Positions 12,385-23,689 of a DNA stretch of 64,000 nt are shown piece by piece. Below the pieces are notes generated by a model. That model saw only the letters and a program-made list of their open reading frames with translations, searched no databases and was not told where the DNA came from. Origin of the DNA: Neoechinorhynchus agilis (taxonomy: Eukaryota > Animalia > Acanthocephala); the NCBI GenBank assembly GCA_051530055.1, contig CM121343.1, forward strand, positions 3,318,389 to 3,382,388, in the 5' to 3' direction. Every line of letters starts with the position of its first letter. Positions within the stretch are counted from its first letter, which is position 1. Position numbers and translations under genes: made by a program.

Positions 12385-13719
12385 TTAAAATCGATTAAGG
12401 CGATTCCCAAGTAGGAAATGGGAATCAATTTGGACATTCATACCTGCCTGTGATCCGATGGCAGCTACTGCCGCTGCAGTTGTAACGGCTGTCACTGTTG
12501 AATTAAGGCCAGCAACAGCGGCTACCGCTACCGCTGCGGCATTCACGTTATGTAGACCTTGGCTTTGTGTGCTTGAATGACTTGCTCCAATTTGCTGTTT
12601 GCTTTGGTCGATATTAAACAAAAGTTGACTAAGCATTCGGAGTGTAAGTGGATCATCACGAAGGCATTCATGAAATGTTGCGTTTTTCAAACTTTCAGGA
12701 AGGCAGGATTGAAGTGCCAAACATGCTCTTGGATTCTCGGACAAGCGGAGGTAACAACGGATAACGTGTTTGAGCAATCTTGGTTCGGGATCTTTTCCGA
12801 TGTGAAGAATGATCCTTCCGAGGATCATCGCCATGTGAGAAAAACGTTCATAAGTTTGACATATATAGCTAAGACCATAATCATCGGCAATTATCTTCTG
12901 AAGAACAAATGCGCCTACAATTTTAGAAATATCGGGTGCAACCTCCATGACTTTAAAACATGCTTGTATGATATCGTGACCAATTAAGTATCGGACAATA
13001 TCGGCGTTGTCTGATTTAACAAGAGCGCCGAATACACCGAGAGTAACTAGTCTTAGGTATTCCATCGATCGAAGTCTCGATGAAACCCTGATGAATTGAA
13101 TAAGTAAATGTACAACTCGACTTTCTATCAGTTGATATCGAAGTTCTTTGTGTGAAGCGAAGGCTTGAATAAGGTTCATTAAGTTGCAAGCATAACTAGC
13201 TGTTGCCGTGTTCATCGGAGGTAAAGCTGGACCAACAAGAGCAGCAATCCGAATAACTTCAAACGTTATCATAGTAGGGACGCCGTAGGTGTACCAAATG
13301 ATTGACGGTAGCCCAGTGATCGTTTCGCACAATTTCCCCAGTTCCCGAACGGCATTCTCGCGTTTTTGTACGTCAAGCGTATCAACAATCAAGCTACAAA
13401 TGTGCTCCTTTTCTTCTTGGGAAAGAGATTCATATTTCGTGTAGGACGGTGGATGATCTTGTTTGGAAACAAGCGAAGCCGAGGCATGCGATGGATGCCT
13501 CGCTTGATGCTGATAGGCCGAATTCGATGCAATATGCGCAGATTGAATCATTTGCTGATACGACAGCGTCGGCTGGTAAGCCGGATATTGGTTCATCCAC
13601 ATCTGCTGATATTGCGGCGGTGCATAGGTTGAGACCTGCTGCTGCTGTTGTCCTGACTGCCCCAACATTCGAGACGTTGCGGGTGGCGATGCTGCCAAAT
13701 AATTCATTCTGCCACGCAT
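12385..13719 (-). CDS. CNOT9: CCR4-NOT subunit 9 (RQCD1/Rcd1), apparently intronless
   Basis: EYLRLVTLGVFGALVK and YICQTYERFSHMAMILG...PRLLKHVIRCYLRLSENPRA...CLPESLKNATF are diagnostic; Q-rich N-terminal and A-rich C-terminal extensions. Confidence 0.97.
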   Translation of the reverse strand: MRGRMNYLAASPPATSRMLGQSGQQQQQVSTYAPPQYQQMWMNQYPAYQPTLSYQQMIQSAHIASNSAYQHQARHPSHASASLVSKQDHPPSYTKYESLSQEEKEHICSLIVDTLDVQKRENAVRELGKLCETITGLPSIIWYTYGVPTMITFEVIRIAALVGPALPPMNTATASYACNLMNLIQAFASHKELRYQLIESRVVHLLIQFIRVSSRLRSMEYLRLVTLGVFGALVKSDNADIVRYLIGHDIIQACFKVMEVAPDISKIVGAFVLQKIIADDYGLSYICQTYERFSHMAMILGRIILHIGKDPEPRLLKHVIRCYLRLSENPRACLALQSCLPESLKNATFHECLRDDPLTLRMLSQLLFNIDQSKQQIGASHSSTQSQGLHNVNAAAVAVAAVAGLNSTVTAVTTAAAVAAIGSQAGMNVQIDSHFLLGNRLNRF

Positions 13720-14313
13720 TCTATCTGGAAGAATCAGCTACACGCGTCAAAGTGCTATGAGCCGTCTGGAAGAATCTTCCGGCAAACGCTCAACCAATAC
13801 AAGTGAGATTTGGCTCAACAAAGATTAAAGAAATCTAATGAATATGGTGTTTCGGACGCACGTTCGGTGCCTTCATTAAGCTTGTTTTTAACTTCAGAAA
13901 ATACCACTTGATCTTCGCAAGGGTTGTCGTAAAGAAAAGCTTTATTTCCGAGCTATCGCCGTCTTAAGGCAACGATTCTTGAAGAAGACGGCGAAAACTC
14001 GAAAATAATCTCATTACGGCAGCCATCTTAAGAGTGTCGATTTTCGAAAACAATACCTTCTTATTTCTTAAATGAAACAAATTCCTTCATTTTTCGCCAT
14101 ATAAAAACATGAACAATTGAAAACAGCAAACCCAAAGGTACATGCATCCTCCTAGCAATTAACAAATAAACGTAGACTAATGGCTTCTTACGGCGAAACC
14201 GAACTGGATAACGTCGACTATACGTTTCGTACGGTTTCCGCGTATTTACATAGTCAATATAGTGCACGCACACGCACATTTGCAAATATTTGGTTTCGCG
14301 ATTGAATTTCAAT

Positions 14314-15470
14314 GGTGTTATCCAATTTTAATGACTCTTGCAAATTTCGTGATCTTTCACTTTTATGACTGTGACGAATTATAACAATGCGATCTTCGAC
14401 GTCAATAATATAGCTGTCTTTAAATAATGATGTTCATATTGTTCATCGCAACGCGCTGATTTCAAATCTCTTTTCGGATTTGCGATAGCTGTCATAGTTC
14501 TTGAGTTATTCGTTGTTCAATTTTGAGACCACTAACCTTGATTATCGGTATTAAAACATCAATAAATTTCAGATCAAATTAACTTTTCTAGACCTATTTT
14601 TGACGCTGATTTCACCTCCATTTACGGGTTTTCGTGGTTTTAGAAATCTTTACATTTAGTTTTAAGATTGATGTTCATAAAAGACATCTGAATTAAATCC
14701 ATGGTGCTAAGAAGTGGTTATGAACTGATAAAACATTTTGAGCATTTTTGATGCACTGATTAAAATGGTGTAATTCAATTTTAATGACTCTACCAAATTT
14801 AGTCATCTTTCACGGTTGTGACTTTTGACTAAATATGATAATGCGATTTCCGACATCAATCGTACATCTGTCGTTTATTGAAAATGTTCGTTTAGTTCAC
14901 GTCAACGCGCTGATTTCAAATCTCTTTTCGGATTTGCGATAGCTGTCATAGTTCTTGAGTTATTCGTTTTTCAATTTTTAGACCAATAACCTTGATTGTC
15001 GATATCAAAACATCAATAAATTTCAGATTACATAACCTTTTTCGATCTACTTTTAAAGCTGATTTCACCTGCATATGCTGTTTTTTTGTAGCTTTGTTAA
15101 TCTATATATTTTGTTCGAAGATTGATGCTCATAAAAGACACCTGAAATTATTCCACAGTTCAATTAAATGATTCGGACCTGATGAAAAATTTTGAGCATT
15201 TTTGATGCAGTGATTTCACTGATGTTATCCAATTTTAATGACTCTTCCAAATTTGGTGATCTTTCAGTTTTTGACTTTTAGCGAATTATAGCAATTCGAT
15301 TTCCGACGTATGTTGAGGATTGCATTCGGGTGGTGGGATCTCCCTCGGTTGTCGACAAGCGGCCTAAACAATAACGTTAATAATTACGCTGTCTTTGATT
15401 AATGATGTTAACTTAGTTCATCGCAACGCGCTGATTCCAAATCTGTTTTCGGATAAAAAATCACTGACAA
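14314..15470. repeat. Degenerate tandem repeat, unit ~454 bp, ~2.5 copies
   Basis: CAATTTTAATGACTCT.CCAAATTT recurs near 14314, 14766 and 15221; CAACGCGCTGATT recurs near 14448, 14903 and 15424. Confidence 0.9.
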
Positions 15471-15584
15471 CACAAATGATCGTTCCTTGGCCATGTCCTC
15501 CCTAACCTCTATCATAAAATATTCCCTAACTTCGGCAATTCCTAAGAAATTCATTGGGATCTCGAAGCGCGACCCATCATGGAT

Positions 15585-16228
15585 CAACAACACGTTTTAT
15601 TTATTTTGTTTAAGAAGAGGACCCATGTACCTCTGGGTCCTCGTGATCACTTTAGAGTTGATGACGGATCCGGAGAGGTGGATGACAGATCCGGAGAGGT
15701 TGATGACGGATCCGGTGTGGATGAAGGATCCGGTGTGGATGACGGATCTGGTGTGGATGACGGATCTGGTGTGGATGACGGATCGGTGTGGATGACGGAT
15801 CGGTGTGGATGACGGATTCGGTGTGGATGACGGATCTGGTGTGGATGACGGATCTGGTGTGGATGACGTATCCGGAGTGGATGACGGATCCAGTGTGGAT
15901 GAAAACTTACAAGCAATGACTGATGAGGCGAGGTTACCTCACGAAATATTTCTAATAAATCAAAATCAAATAGGTTGTGACAAGGAATATTTTCACCAAA
16001 ATTATAACCTGAAATGAACCTGAGGAAAGATCAACCTCACAATCACTCCTGCAAACAATATCCGCTAATTCCCACCAGAACGGACCTTCCCCCCCTCGGA
16101 CTCGTAATCCACTCCAAAATCAATGACCAGATTCATTTATCAAATCAGAACTCGAGTGTTTTCACGAGGATCTAAAGGTACACGGATCCTCTTCTTTGTG
16201 CATTAACAAATAAGGCGTGTTATTATTA
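15585..16228. mobile_element. Non-autonomous element with inverted termini enclosing an 18-bp minisatellite
   Basis: AACAACACG...AAGAAGAGGACCCATGTACCT at 15585; its inverted counterpart at about 16170-16228; (GATGACGGATCCGGTGTG)n at 15660-15902. Confidence 0.65.
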
Positions 16229-16918
16229 TGTCAAACTCTCACGAAGATCCACATTAGGTTACATTCAAATCATTTGATGCCTTTTTGCACCTTCATCTGC
16301 TCCCCCACTATCCACTGTTTTTATATGACGGTGAAAAATTGAATTTATTAAGGCCGAGTGTTTTCTGAGGCACGCACTATCTTGTACGTCTCCGAAAACA
16401 ATCAGCCCTAACACCGTCATATATGAAAAAGGGCATGAGCTGCTCAAGAGATTCTTGATCGGAATGAAGAGCCATTGATTTTCATCACAGTAATAATAAC
16501 ACGGTTATTTGTTAATTAACAAAGAAAAGGACCCACGTATCATTGGGTTTGTTTTTATCAATCATCTGAATTGCTCTTTCACTCATGTCCGTCTCATAAA
16601 TAAGGACGAGAGATCAATTAGACGCTCCGTCCAAAATGGACTCAATCTGCCATGTCCAGTGTACGGGATTTTGAACATTTTATACACTCATTAGCGATTT
16701 CGAGTGAGCTCTGTGCATAAAATAGTGAATAAAACATTAAAGATAAGAACGAAAGATTTCGCGGAATGAATACAAATCGAATTCTTCTGATTGAGCAATG
16801 GTAAGAATATATTTACATCGACAGACGACGTCATAGATCGCATCATTGTTCTTCCGTATTGACATTGATTTGTATATCCCTTGTCGTGTTGCATCTTTGC
16901 TGGTCATTTTTTTTGTAG

Positions 16919-19558
16919 ATGCCCGTTCGTGGTCTAAAGCGCGCCAGGACATTGGCCAGTGATTGTACAGTGAATCCACGTGATGTATTTGACGAATACT
17001 GCATGTTGTTCAATGTAAAAGAGAAGGTGAGTACTGCCGCGTGGATTCTGTTCCAACGATTTGGAGCCTGCATTACGAGCCGCAGTGAAGGGGAAACTGT
17101 TCAATGGATGGGATGTTTTTTATTCCTCGTTGATTCTGCCATGAAGAATCAATGCAATGAATCCACTGCGTCCAATGTCAACTCAATTGTGTCCATTTGC
17201 AACATGACGCCGTCCGTGTTTCTTTCCAAGGTTTCCATGATATGCCGATTTATTGGAAAGATCGTCTTTAGCGATGATTGCTCTTCAATTGGAAGGATAC
17301 AAACAGTTAAGACCGTGAATCGTGATGACATCGGAGAACGTGAAGGCCGTATGCTTCCTGAGGTGGGTCCTGTGGACCATAAATATCCCGTAGTGGCCGA
17401 GGAACGAGTAATGACGATTCGAAAGGTTTTTAATAGTGTCTTCTCCCAAAATACTTTCCAATATCTCACTGGAATTATAAAACTGACGAATGAAGGGTTT
17501 TATGTCACAAATACAATCGCGCATAGAATCGATAAGATTATTTGCTTAGTCTTTGAAGCAGACAAAAGCTGTGAGTACACTCAACTCCGTCGCCTAATTT
17601 GGCTATTGTTTATTTGGGCAAAACGATTTTTACACCATTCATCAACAAATAAGAATTCAAGCGCATTTTCCGCCTTCAGGCCTTCTGATTATACTCGAAG
17701 TTCATTGCAACTGTTGTTCGGCGTATTTGAACTTATTGCCCAAGATTGTTATCTGATTGGACTAGAAAATGACGTTCTCGTTAAGGATATCAACAAGGAA
17801 ACGGCTGAACGTTTTCTTTGTACGGCTGTATACCCTCAAGATGCGAATGACAGCGAATTAAATAGACGATTTACTAGACTTACTGATTCTCGACGATCTG
17901 AAATCATCGCCAAAAGATTGTCGAGTGGCCGACGCGGATGCAGTATTAGCGTAATTGCAAGCTTAAGTATAAAATACCTAATGGACACCAATGGTATTAT
18001 TTCGATGATAACCAACTTTTTGGTACCATTAATCGATAGTCATTCCTGGAGGCGTTTAACGAGATCTACTTTACCAAGATATTTATTGTGCCACCCCCTT
18101 CTCAACAATATGGAGCATAATATTCGCATGCTTGAAACGGAGTACTCAAAAGGCCTCAAAAATTCCATTGGTCTTTTTGACGAAAGCACTTTCATTACAT
18201 CAAAATCAAAGACATTGCCTATGAAACTACAACGTAGATGTGAATATGAACGACTGGACTTTTTCCGACGTAATTTTGATGCCATTGAAGAAGAAAACGT
18301 GATAACTCGGATTTCTGTACCCTTGGACCCAGTAGGCGTGAACGTAATACAGATTTTGTATGCCGTTGAACGTAATCTGAACTACGGTATGGCACGAATT
18401 TGTCGATTTATGGGGGAGAGAAAAATGGGGAAGATGTTTAACTCGTTGAACAAAGCATATGAGCAAAACGAACCGTCTACTTTCAAACCTACGCTGACTC
18501 TATTTGCGGTTACATTTGGTATTCTAGTTTGCAAAGCGCCTGCAAACTCGTTCGATGAGCGGGCAGCTTTAATACATGAGCTTTATGAGTTTTGCCGTAG
18601 TCACTGATTCTATTTCGCTAGACCTCGTAGAGAATCATTGATGTTTAGAATTGTACTATCACTTCTACATATCGATACACGGCCACAAAGTCGAGTGAAA
18701 TGTTATCTAGAATCTATCGCATCTTCTGATTTTCGGTCCGCATGGTCGTCAATTTACAAGCAGCATAGATATCCTAAACTATTGAATTCATTTGATGTTC
18801 AAAAGACATTGGAAAACTTCGACGAACTGATTTTTTCAAGAAATGCTCTGCTGCCAGAATCTGCTCTGTGGGATGATCTAATTGCTTCTGAGAATTCCAA
18901 AGGAAGCCGGCGAACTATTATTAAAGCAAGATTAGATAAGTTTCGGTCCCAACTTATCAAAATCGCCGGACAAAGAATGTGGGATATGTGTCCCACTCAA
19001 GCCGCTCGCAATTGTGATTTCTTTTATCAAGCTTTTACCTTGCTAAGTGAGATAATGACTTACAACCTGGAGATATTAAAAGTTTGTACCTTGGATTCAA
19101 TTATTGCCTGTACAATACATGCTGTATATCGAAGCAGAGGAAACGTTGATACTGAACCAATGGTCTTTTCTTTCAAACAACTGCTGAAGTCATATCCAAA
19201 AAACGATATCCGAGCGACCATAAGATTCTACAACGATACGTTTTTAACAATGTTTAAATCTAAAGTTATCGCTATTGTTAATGGTGTCGTTCCACTTATA
19301 AAATCGAAAGTACCTGTAAACCGCGACACGAAAATTCTGTCTTACGAGCTGGAAAAGGATCTTCGAGTATTCCCCGGGAATGTAAGTGTAAACGAAATGC
19401 TGCAATTATTGTTTAGAAGGAAAGACAATATTGGGGAAGCTCAAAATAAGATGGAAATCGAGATATCCGAGGTTAATAGCTATGTCATAGATTCCCGTGG
19501 CTTCGTTCATGATCGGAATGAAAAAGGTGATGAAACCATAAACACCCAATCACACTGA
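16919..19558 (+). CDS. Retinoblastoma-family pocket protein (RB/p107-like), one short intron near 18589-18621/18630
   Basis: N-terminal EGETVQWMGCFLF (cf. EGEVTHWLACSLY); pocket A end ESALWDDLI; pocket B RMWDMC...LDSIIACTIH and TIRFYNDTF. Donor at 18589 joins the two ORFs in frame. Confidence 0.85.
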
Positions 19559-19694
19559 AGGTCTCCTCCATCAGTGAGTAGCAATTTCGATAATTTCGAG
19601 CGGTAAACTGTATGTTAGGTTAAGATTCCTTAAACATCATCATAAGATTTCGGCCCTGTTATGCCACATTCCACAATGTTTCGCCCGTTTAAAG

Positions 19695-22034
19695 CGTTTT
19701 TGGTGCGTTGTTACTACTTTTTTAGGTCACAACAAAAAATTGGCTAACAAAACAATGTATTGATTCTTGTTTTGTATTTTCTTATTAAAACGCTCCTGTC
19801 ATGCGAATATGCTAAAGTTTTAGAGGCATTGTGAATAGAAAACGTCTATGGGACTTATTGGGCCAGAATAATTAAAGAATTTTTATTGAATGTGTCTTTT
19901 GCGTTTCATGCATTAACCTAAAAAATTAATTTTATGAAGAATCCAGAACCTGTTTAAATTTTGCAAACCTAAGGTGAAAGCACCTTAAAAAACACGGAAC
20001 CGTTTTCAGGGGCATTTTTGTGGCCATTTACCGATTACACCTCGATCGCGTACTATTCGCTGGATGTATCACCGTTTTCGCAGTTCAATTTTAAAAAATC
20101 ATTTGACACATTACCTTTTAACAAAATCAATGCCGGTGGGACCCCTCTCATTTCTCAAGTACTCTATCGGGATGGAATTATTGGACGACGGATTTGGTAG
20201 TGCCATACTACCGCAAACATAAAAGATCACTTTGATTTGGGACGTGACATATCGCACTATTCATCAATGCGCCTTAAATTCCAAAATATTGCTTTTTGGA
20301 ACGACCTGTTCTTTTTCTCGCTTACCAAAGGCTTAAAATTTCAATCGCTCTTGCCTTCAAATTTACTGACTTTGTTTCCACAAACACAGTTCGCTGTATA
20401 CTACGCTTTGCTCTAAAGTATTGAACCGATCGGTGCGCTTTTGCGATCCATCAACAAATTTGGATTTTCGGTTGTCACCTTGTCTTCACTACAGAACATC
20501 AGGATCAACGGAACAAAAACTGCGATTGCAGTGTGATGCCGAGCGTCCAGATTATGGCTATTCGTTGCCTTTACCATCCTAATATCCAAATTTATGGATT
20601 ATTTACAACCTTAAAACAACTGTTTCGCAGTGACAAACTTGCGAAACAATTGACTGAAGAAGTCCAACGAAAAGGCCGAAAATTTTCAATATAAATCTAT
20701 TTCTGAATCAAACATCGCTAATTGAAACTGAATTTGTAATTATGTCATCTTAAGATTTTTAAATAAGCAAATTAAAACTTGTATTTTAGTTGCTAAGATT
20801 TTTTCATAGGATTAAAAACGTAGATTCGATCAGTGGCAATCATAAAATATCTTCTTTTTTTTAATAAAATCATTTGGACACTTAATCACCGAATTCTTTT
20901 CTGACTTGTTCAAAATATTTCTTTTTGTTTTCTTCTAAAATATCCAACATTGGTTCCATGTACTCCTTGAATTCATTAGCCATCATTACTCCCACTCTTG
21001 TCTTACCAACTGCAAATGCTGAGGCTGCTCTTGGTTTGTTGTCGATCAATGCTAATTCGCCAAAGTAGTCACCTTTTTTTATTTCGTTGACAATTCTCAC
21101 TTGTCCCTTTGATTCAATCTCGATTCTCACTATTCCTTCTTCCACAAAATACATGCACTCTGCATTGTCGCCTTGTTTGATAATACATTGACCATCGTTA
21201 TAAATCTCCTGCTTAACTGAATTCAGCAAGTACATTTTAGTGTTCATGTCAAGGCCGTTAAATAAAGGAATCGAAGTTATGGCATTTTCGTACAAAGTAT
21301 CCCGTTCTTTAGCCGTTAGCACTACTTTTCTCCTAAACGTTCTTCGATCAATCATCCAAAGCATCCCATCGGTTACTGCCTTTACAGTTGCATTTCTAGG
21401 AGTATCGAAAATCAGAGCCAATTCTCCAAAACATCCAGTGTTTATAAATTCATGAACTGTCTCATCATTTGCAAACACTTGGAACTTCCCATCATCGATA
21501 ATGTAAAAAGTATCACCTTGGTCGCCCTCTTTAATGACGATATCCCCCGCTTTTACACTTATCGACTCCATTGCATCAACAATTGCTTCCAACTGCTCGA
21601 TTCTAAGTTTATCACAAAAAGGAAATGTCTCGAGTTTCGTTCGGATTCGTTCCCGTGCTTCTTCAGTCTTCTCAAAGATGCGATCGGTGCCCGTGGCATC
21701 TTCTTCTTCGATTGGAATCTCCGCGTACGCACGCCTTGTGTTCATCCCAGAAGGGGGGTCGTCCTCTAAATGTTCATTGCTTTCCCGGTTTGAGGTCACA
21801 GAAACAGCGTAATCCAACGCTGCGTTTTTAAGGTCAACTCCAGCGTCCACTTGATACCTCGCTATTAAGTATCGAGTTAAACCCTCAATGTAATCCGCAA
21901 TGACGTTCGGAACGTTGTCATCCTGAGATGGGTTGCCGGAAGTCATTCTACCATTTTATTTTTGAACAAAAAGAGCTATCCTGGTTGCCATGGATATTTA
22001 TGCGACCCCTCTTGTATCCTTGCATTTCCCAGAT
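19695..22034. repeat. Segmental duplication (~2.34 kb), copy 1; partner at 59486-61826
   Basis: Near-identical direct copy offset by about 39,792 bp, with only a handful of visible substitutions and a 1-bp indel. Confidence 0.97.
20882..21946 (-). CDS. PRKAR2: cAMP-dependent protein kinase regulatory subunit, type II-like, copy 1
   Basis: Two cNMP phosphate-binding cassettes, GCFGELALIFDTPRNAT and GDYFGELALIDNKPRAASAFAVG (RII-type); divergent D/D helix region. Confidence 0.93.
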   Translation of the reverse strand: MTSGNPSQDDNVPNVIADYIEGLTRYLIARYQVDAGVDLKNAALDYAVSVTSNRESNEHLEDDPPSGMNTRRAYAEIPIEEEDATGTDRIFEKTEEARERIRTKLETFPFCDKLRIEQLEAIVDAMESISVKAGDIVIKEGDQGDTFYIIDDGKFQVFANDETVHEFINTGCFGELALIFDTPRNATVKAVTDGMLWMIDRRTFRRKVVLTAKERDTLYENAITSIPLFNGLDMNTKMYLLNSVKQEIYNDGQCIIKQGDNAECMYFVEEGIVRIEIESKGQVRIVNEIKKGDYFGELALIDNKPRAASAFAVGKTRVGVMMANEFKEYMEPMLDILEENKKKYFEQVRKEFGD

Positions 22035-22249
22035 CATTTCAAGAGTATTAAAGTCGATGCCCGATCGTAAAAAAAAGAGAGAAAATAATTCATGGTTTTG
22101 CATTAAAATGGCACCCATTAAGCGTATAAAGCCATGAAAAAACAAACAATTTGTTATTTTAAAATCGAGTTTGAAAAATAAAAAGATTTTAGGAGGCTTC
22201 ATAGGCAGTTACTCATTGGCCGTTTGTGGCAATTTCCTGGACTCATTTC

Positions 22250-23240
22250 CTGTTGTGTTATCGTCCGCCTATTGAATTTCGTTGATGGTTACTAAGTCCG
22301 TTTGGGCTTTGAGTCCTGTGATGTTTGAAATTTTGCCCAGATTCCTATTTTTTGTTGCAGGAGAGGGTGAAAGTTATTCGTTGGGTGGCATGGAGTGTGC
22401 TAATGAAAGCGATGAATTTTGGTGGAAAATACAATTTGGATAGAATTTTCCAAGCTGAGTTACAGCACTGACTGTTCAAGACCTTTTCTAGATAAAATGC
22501 AAGGAACCTCGACGTTCTTTGGATTTTTCTTGAAATCTTAGAGCAAAAAATTTAATGCCAATGGTTGCCCGAATATGAAGGAAACCAAATTGCGGCTTTA
22601 ATGGAAGATTTTACAGTCGTTGATAGCAATGAGATTCTGCGATACTTTCCTCGTACCCTTTTGACCCCGCTTTTGAAGATAGTGGCAAGGATGTCCGATG
22701 GTACCTCTATCTTTTTCCGAATGTTCCAGAAAATATGAATGAGTATGGATAAAATGGTTTCTTCTCCTATCTTGTTAATCTCGGCTGGGATATTGTTGAT
22801 TCCTAGTGATTTGTTATTCTTCATTTGCCGGATGACCGCAGTTACCTCGATGATTGTTGGAGGGAAGTCAAGGTTGTGATGATGCCAATTCAGTAGGTTA
22901 GCAAAGTGTTGAGCACAACGGTCCTTGATGAATTTGTGGTCTTTAAGGAGCTTGGAACTATAGGCCTATTTGTACGAAACTGACGTGTACTGAATAGAAC
23001 CGTAGATTGTTTTGATGGCACAGTAAAAATTTCGAAGGTCTCGACGATCAGCATGTGATTGTATTTCTGTAGCCTTTGCGATCCACCAAGTTCGAATCTT
23101 GGGTTCTCACCTTGTCTTCACTACAGGATATCAGGACGATAAACGACTGCGATTGCAGTGTTATATCGAGCGTCCAGATTATGACCGTTGGTCACCTTCA
23201 CCATCCTGATATCCAATTTTACGGACGTATCCACAAGCTA
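22250..23240 (-). pseudogene. Decayed RTE-clade LINE (RT N-terminal part plus possible endonuclease relic)
   Basis: Minus strand reads NFYCAIKTIYG...QHFANLLN...PPTIIEVTAVIRQMKNNKSLGINNIPAE...KYRRISLLSTTVK...FQEKSKE, with stops and frameshifts. 23075-23240 is also similar to 20440-20610. Confidence 0.8.
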
Positions 23241-23689
23241 AACGGGCCTTTGAAAGGTTCCTGGGTGCTGCTCCTCCGAGCGTTGTTATATGGGCCCCCA
23301 CCCTCAGCTTTTGGTTCATAAGCTTTTTCGCAAGGCAACGTAGTCAAGCATTAAACTTCAATCACTGGGCTTCCTGTTGATCCGCGGGACGTTTCTTCAC
23401 AGAGATGTACTACTCCAAAAGGCATTCTTTTCAGTGTGAAGTTTCCTTTATAGACATTCATCGGCCCGGGACCTGTGGACGCGCTGCTTTTGAGTTGCAG
23501 GGTCCCTTGGGGCTACAAGGCACTCCACATCATCCTACAGGTTCCGTATTCCTTGGATACTGTTAGTCTTACCAACAATTCCGGAGACAACGCTTCCGAC
23601 CATTTTGCAACTGCTAAAAACATTAAACCTATTATGTATTTTGAATAGAGACGTCAATGATGGCAATGGTGAGAGAATAACTTTATTAG

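Noticed and set aside
17149-18466. Antisense ORFs over RB and similar shadow ORFs over CNOT9, PKA-R, CRE and the zinc-finger gene
   Set aside because: Short overlapping frames with no recognisable motifs, as expected opposite real coding sequence.
20882-21946. PKA-RII as a retrogene because it lacks introns
   Set aside because: CNOT9, SUB1 and most of RB are also intronless here, and the duplicate includes over 1 kb of flanking genomic DNA with no polyA tail, so the copy is DNA-mediated.
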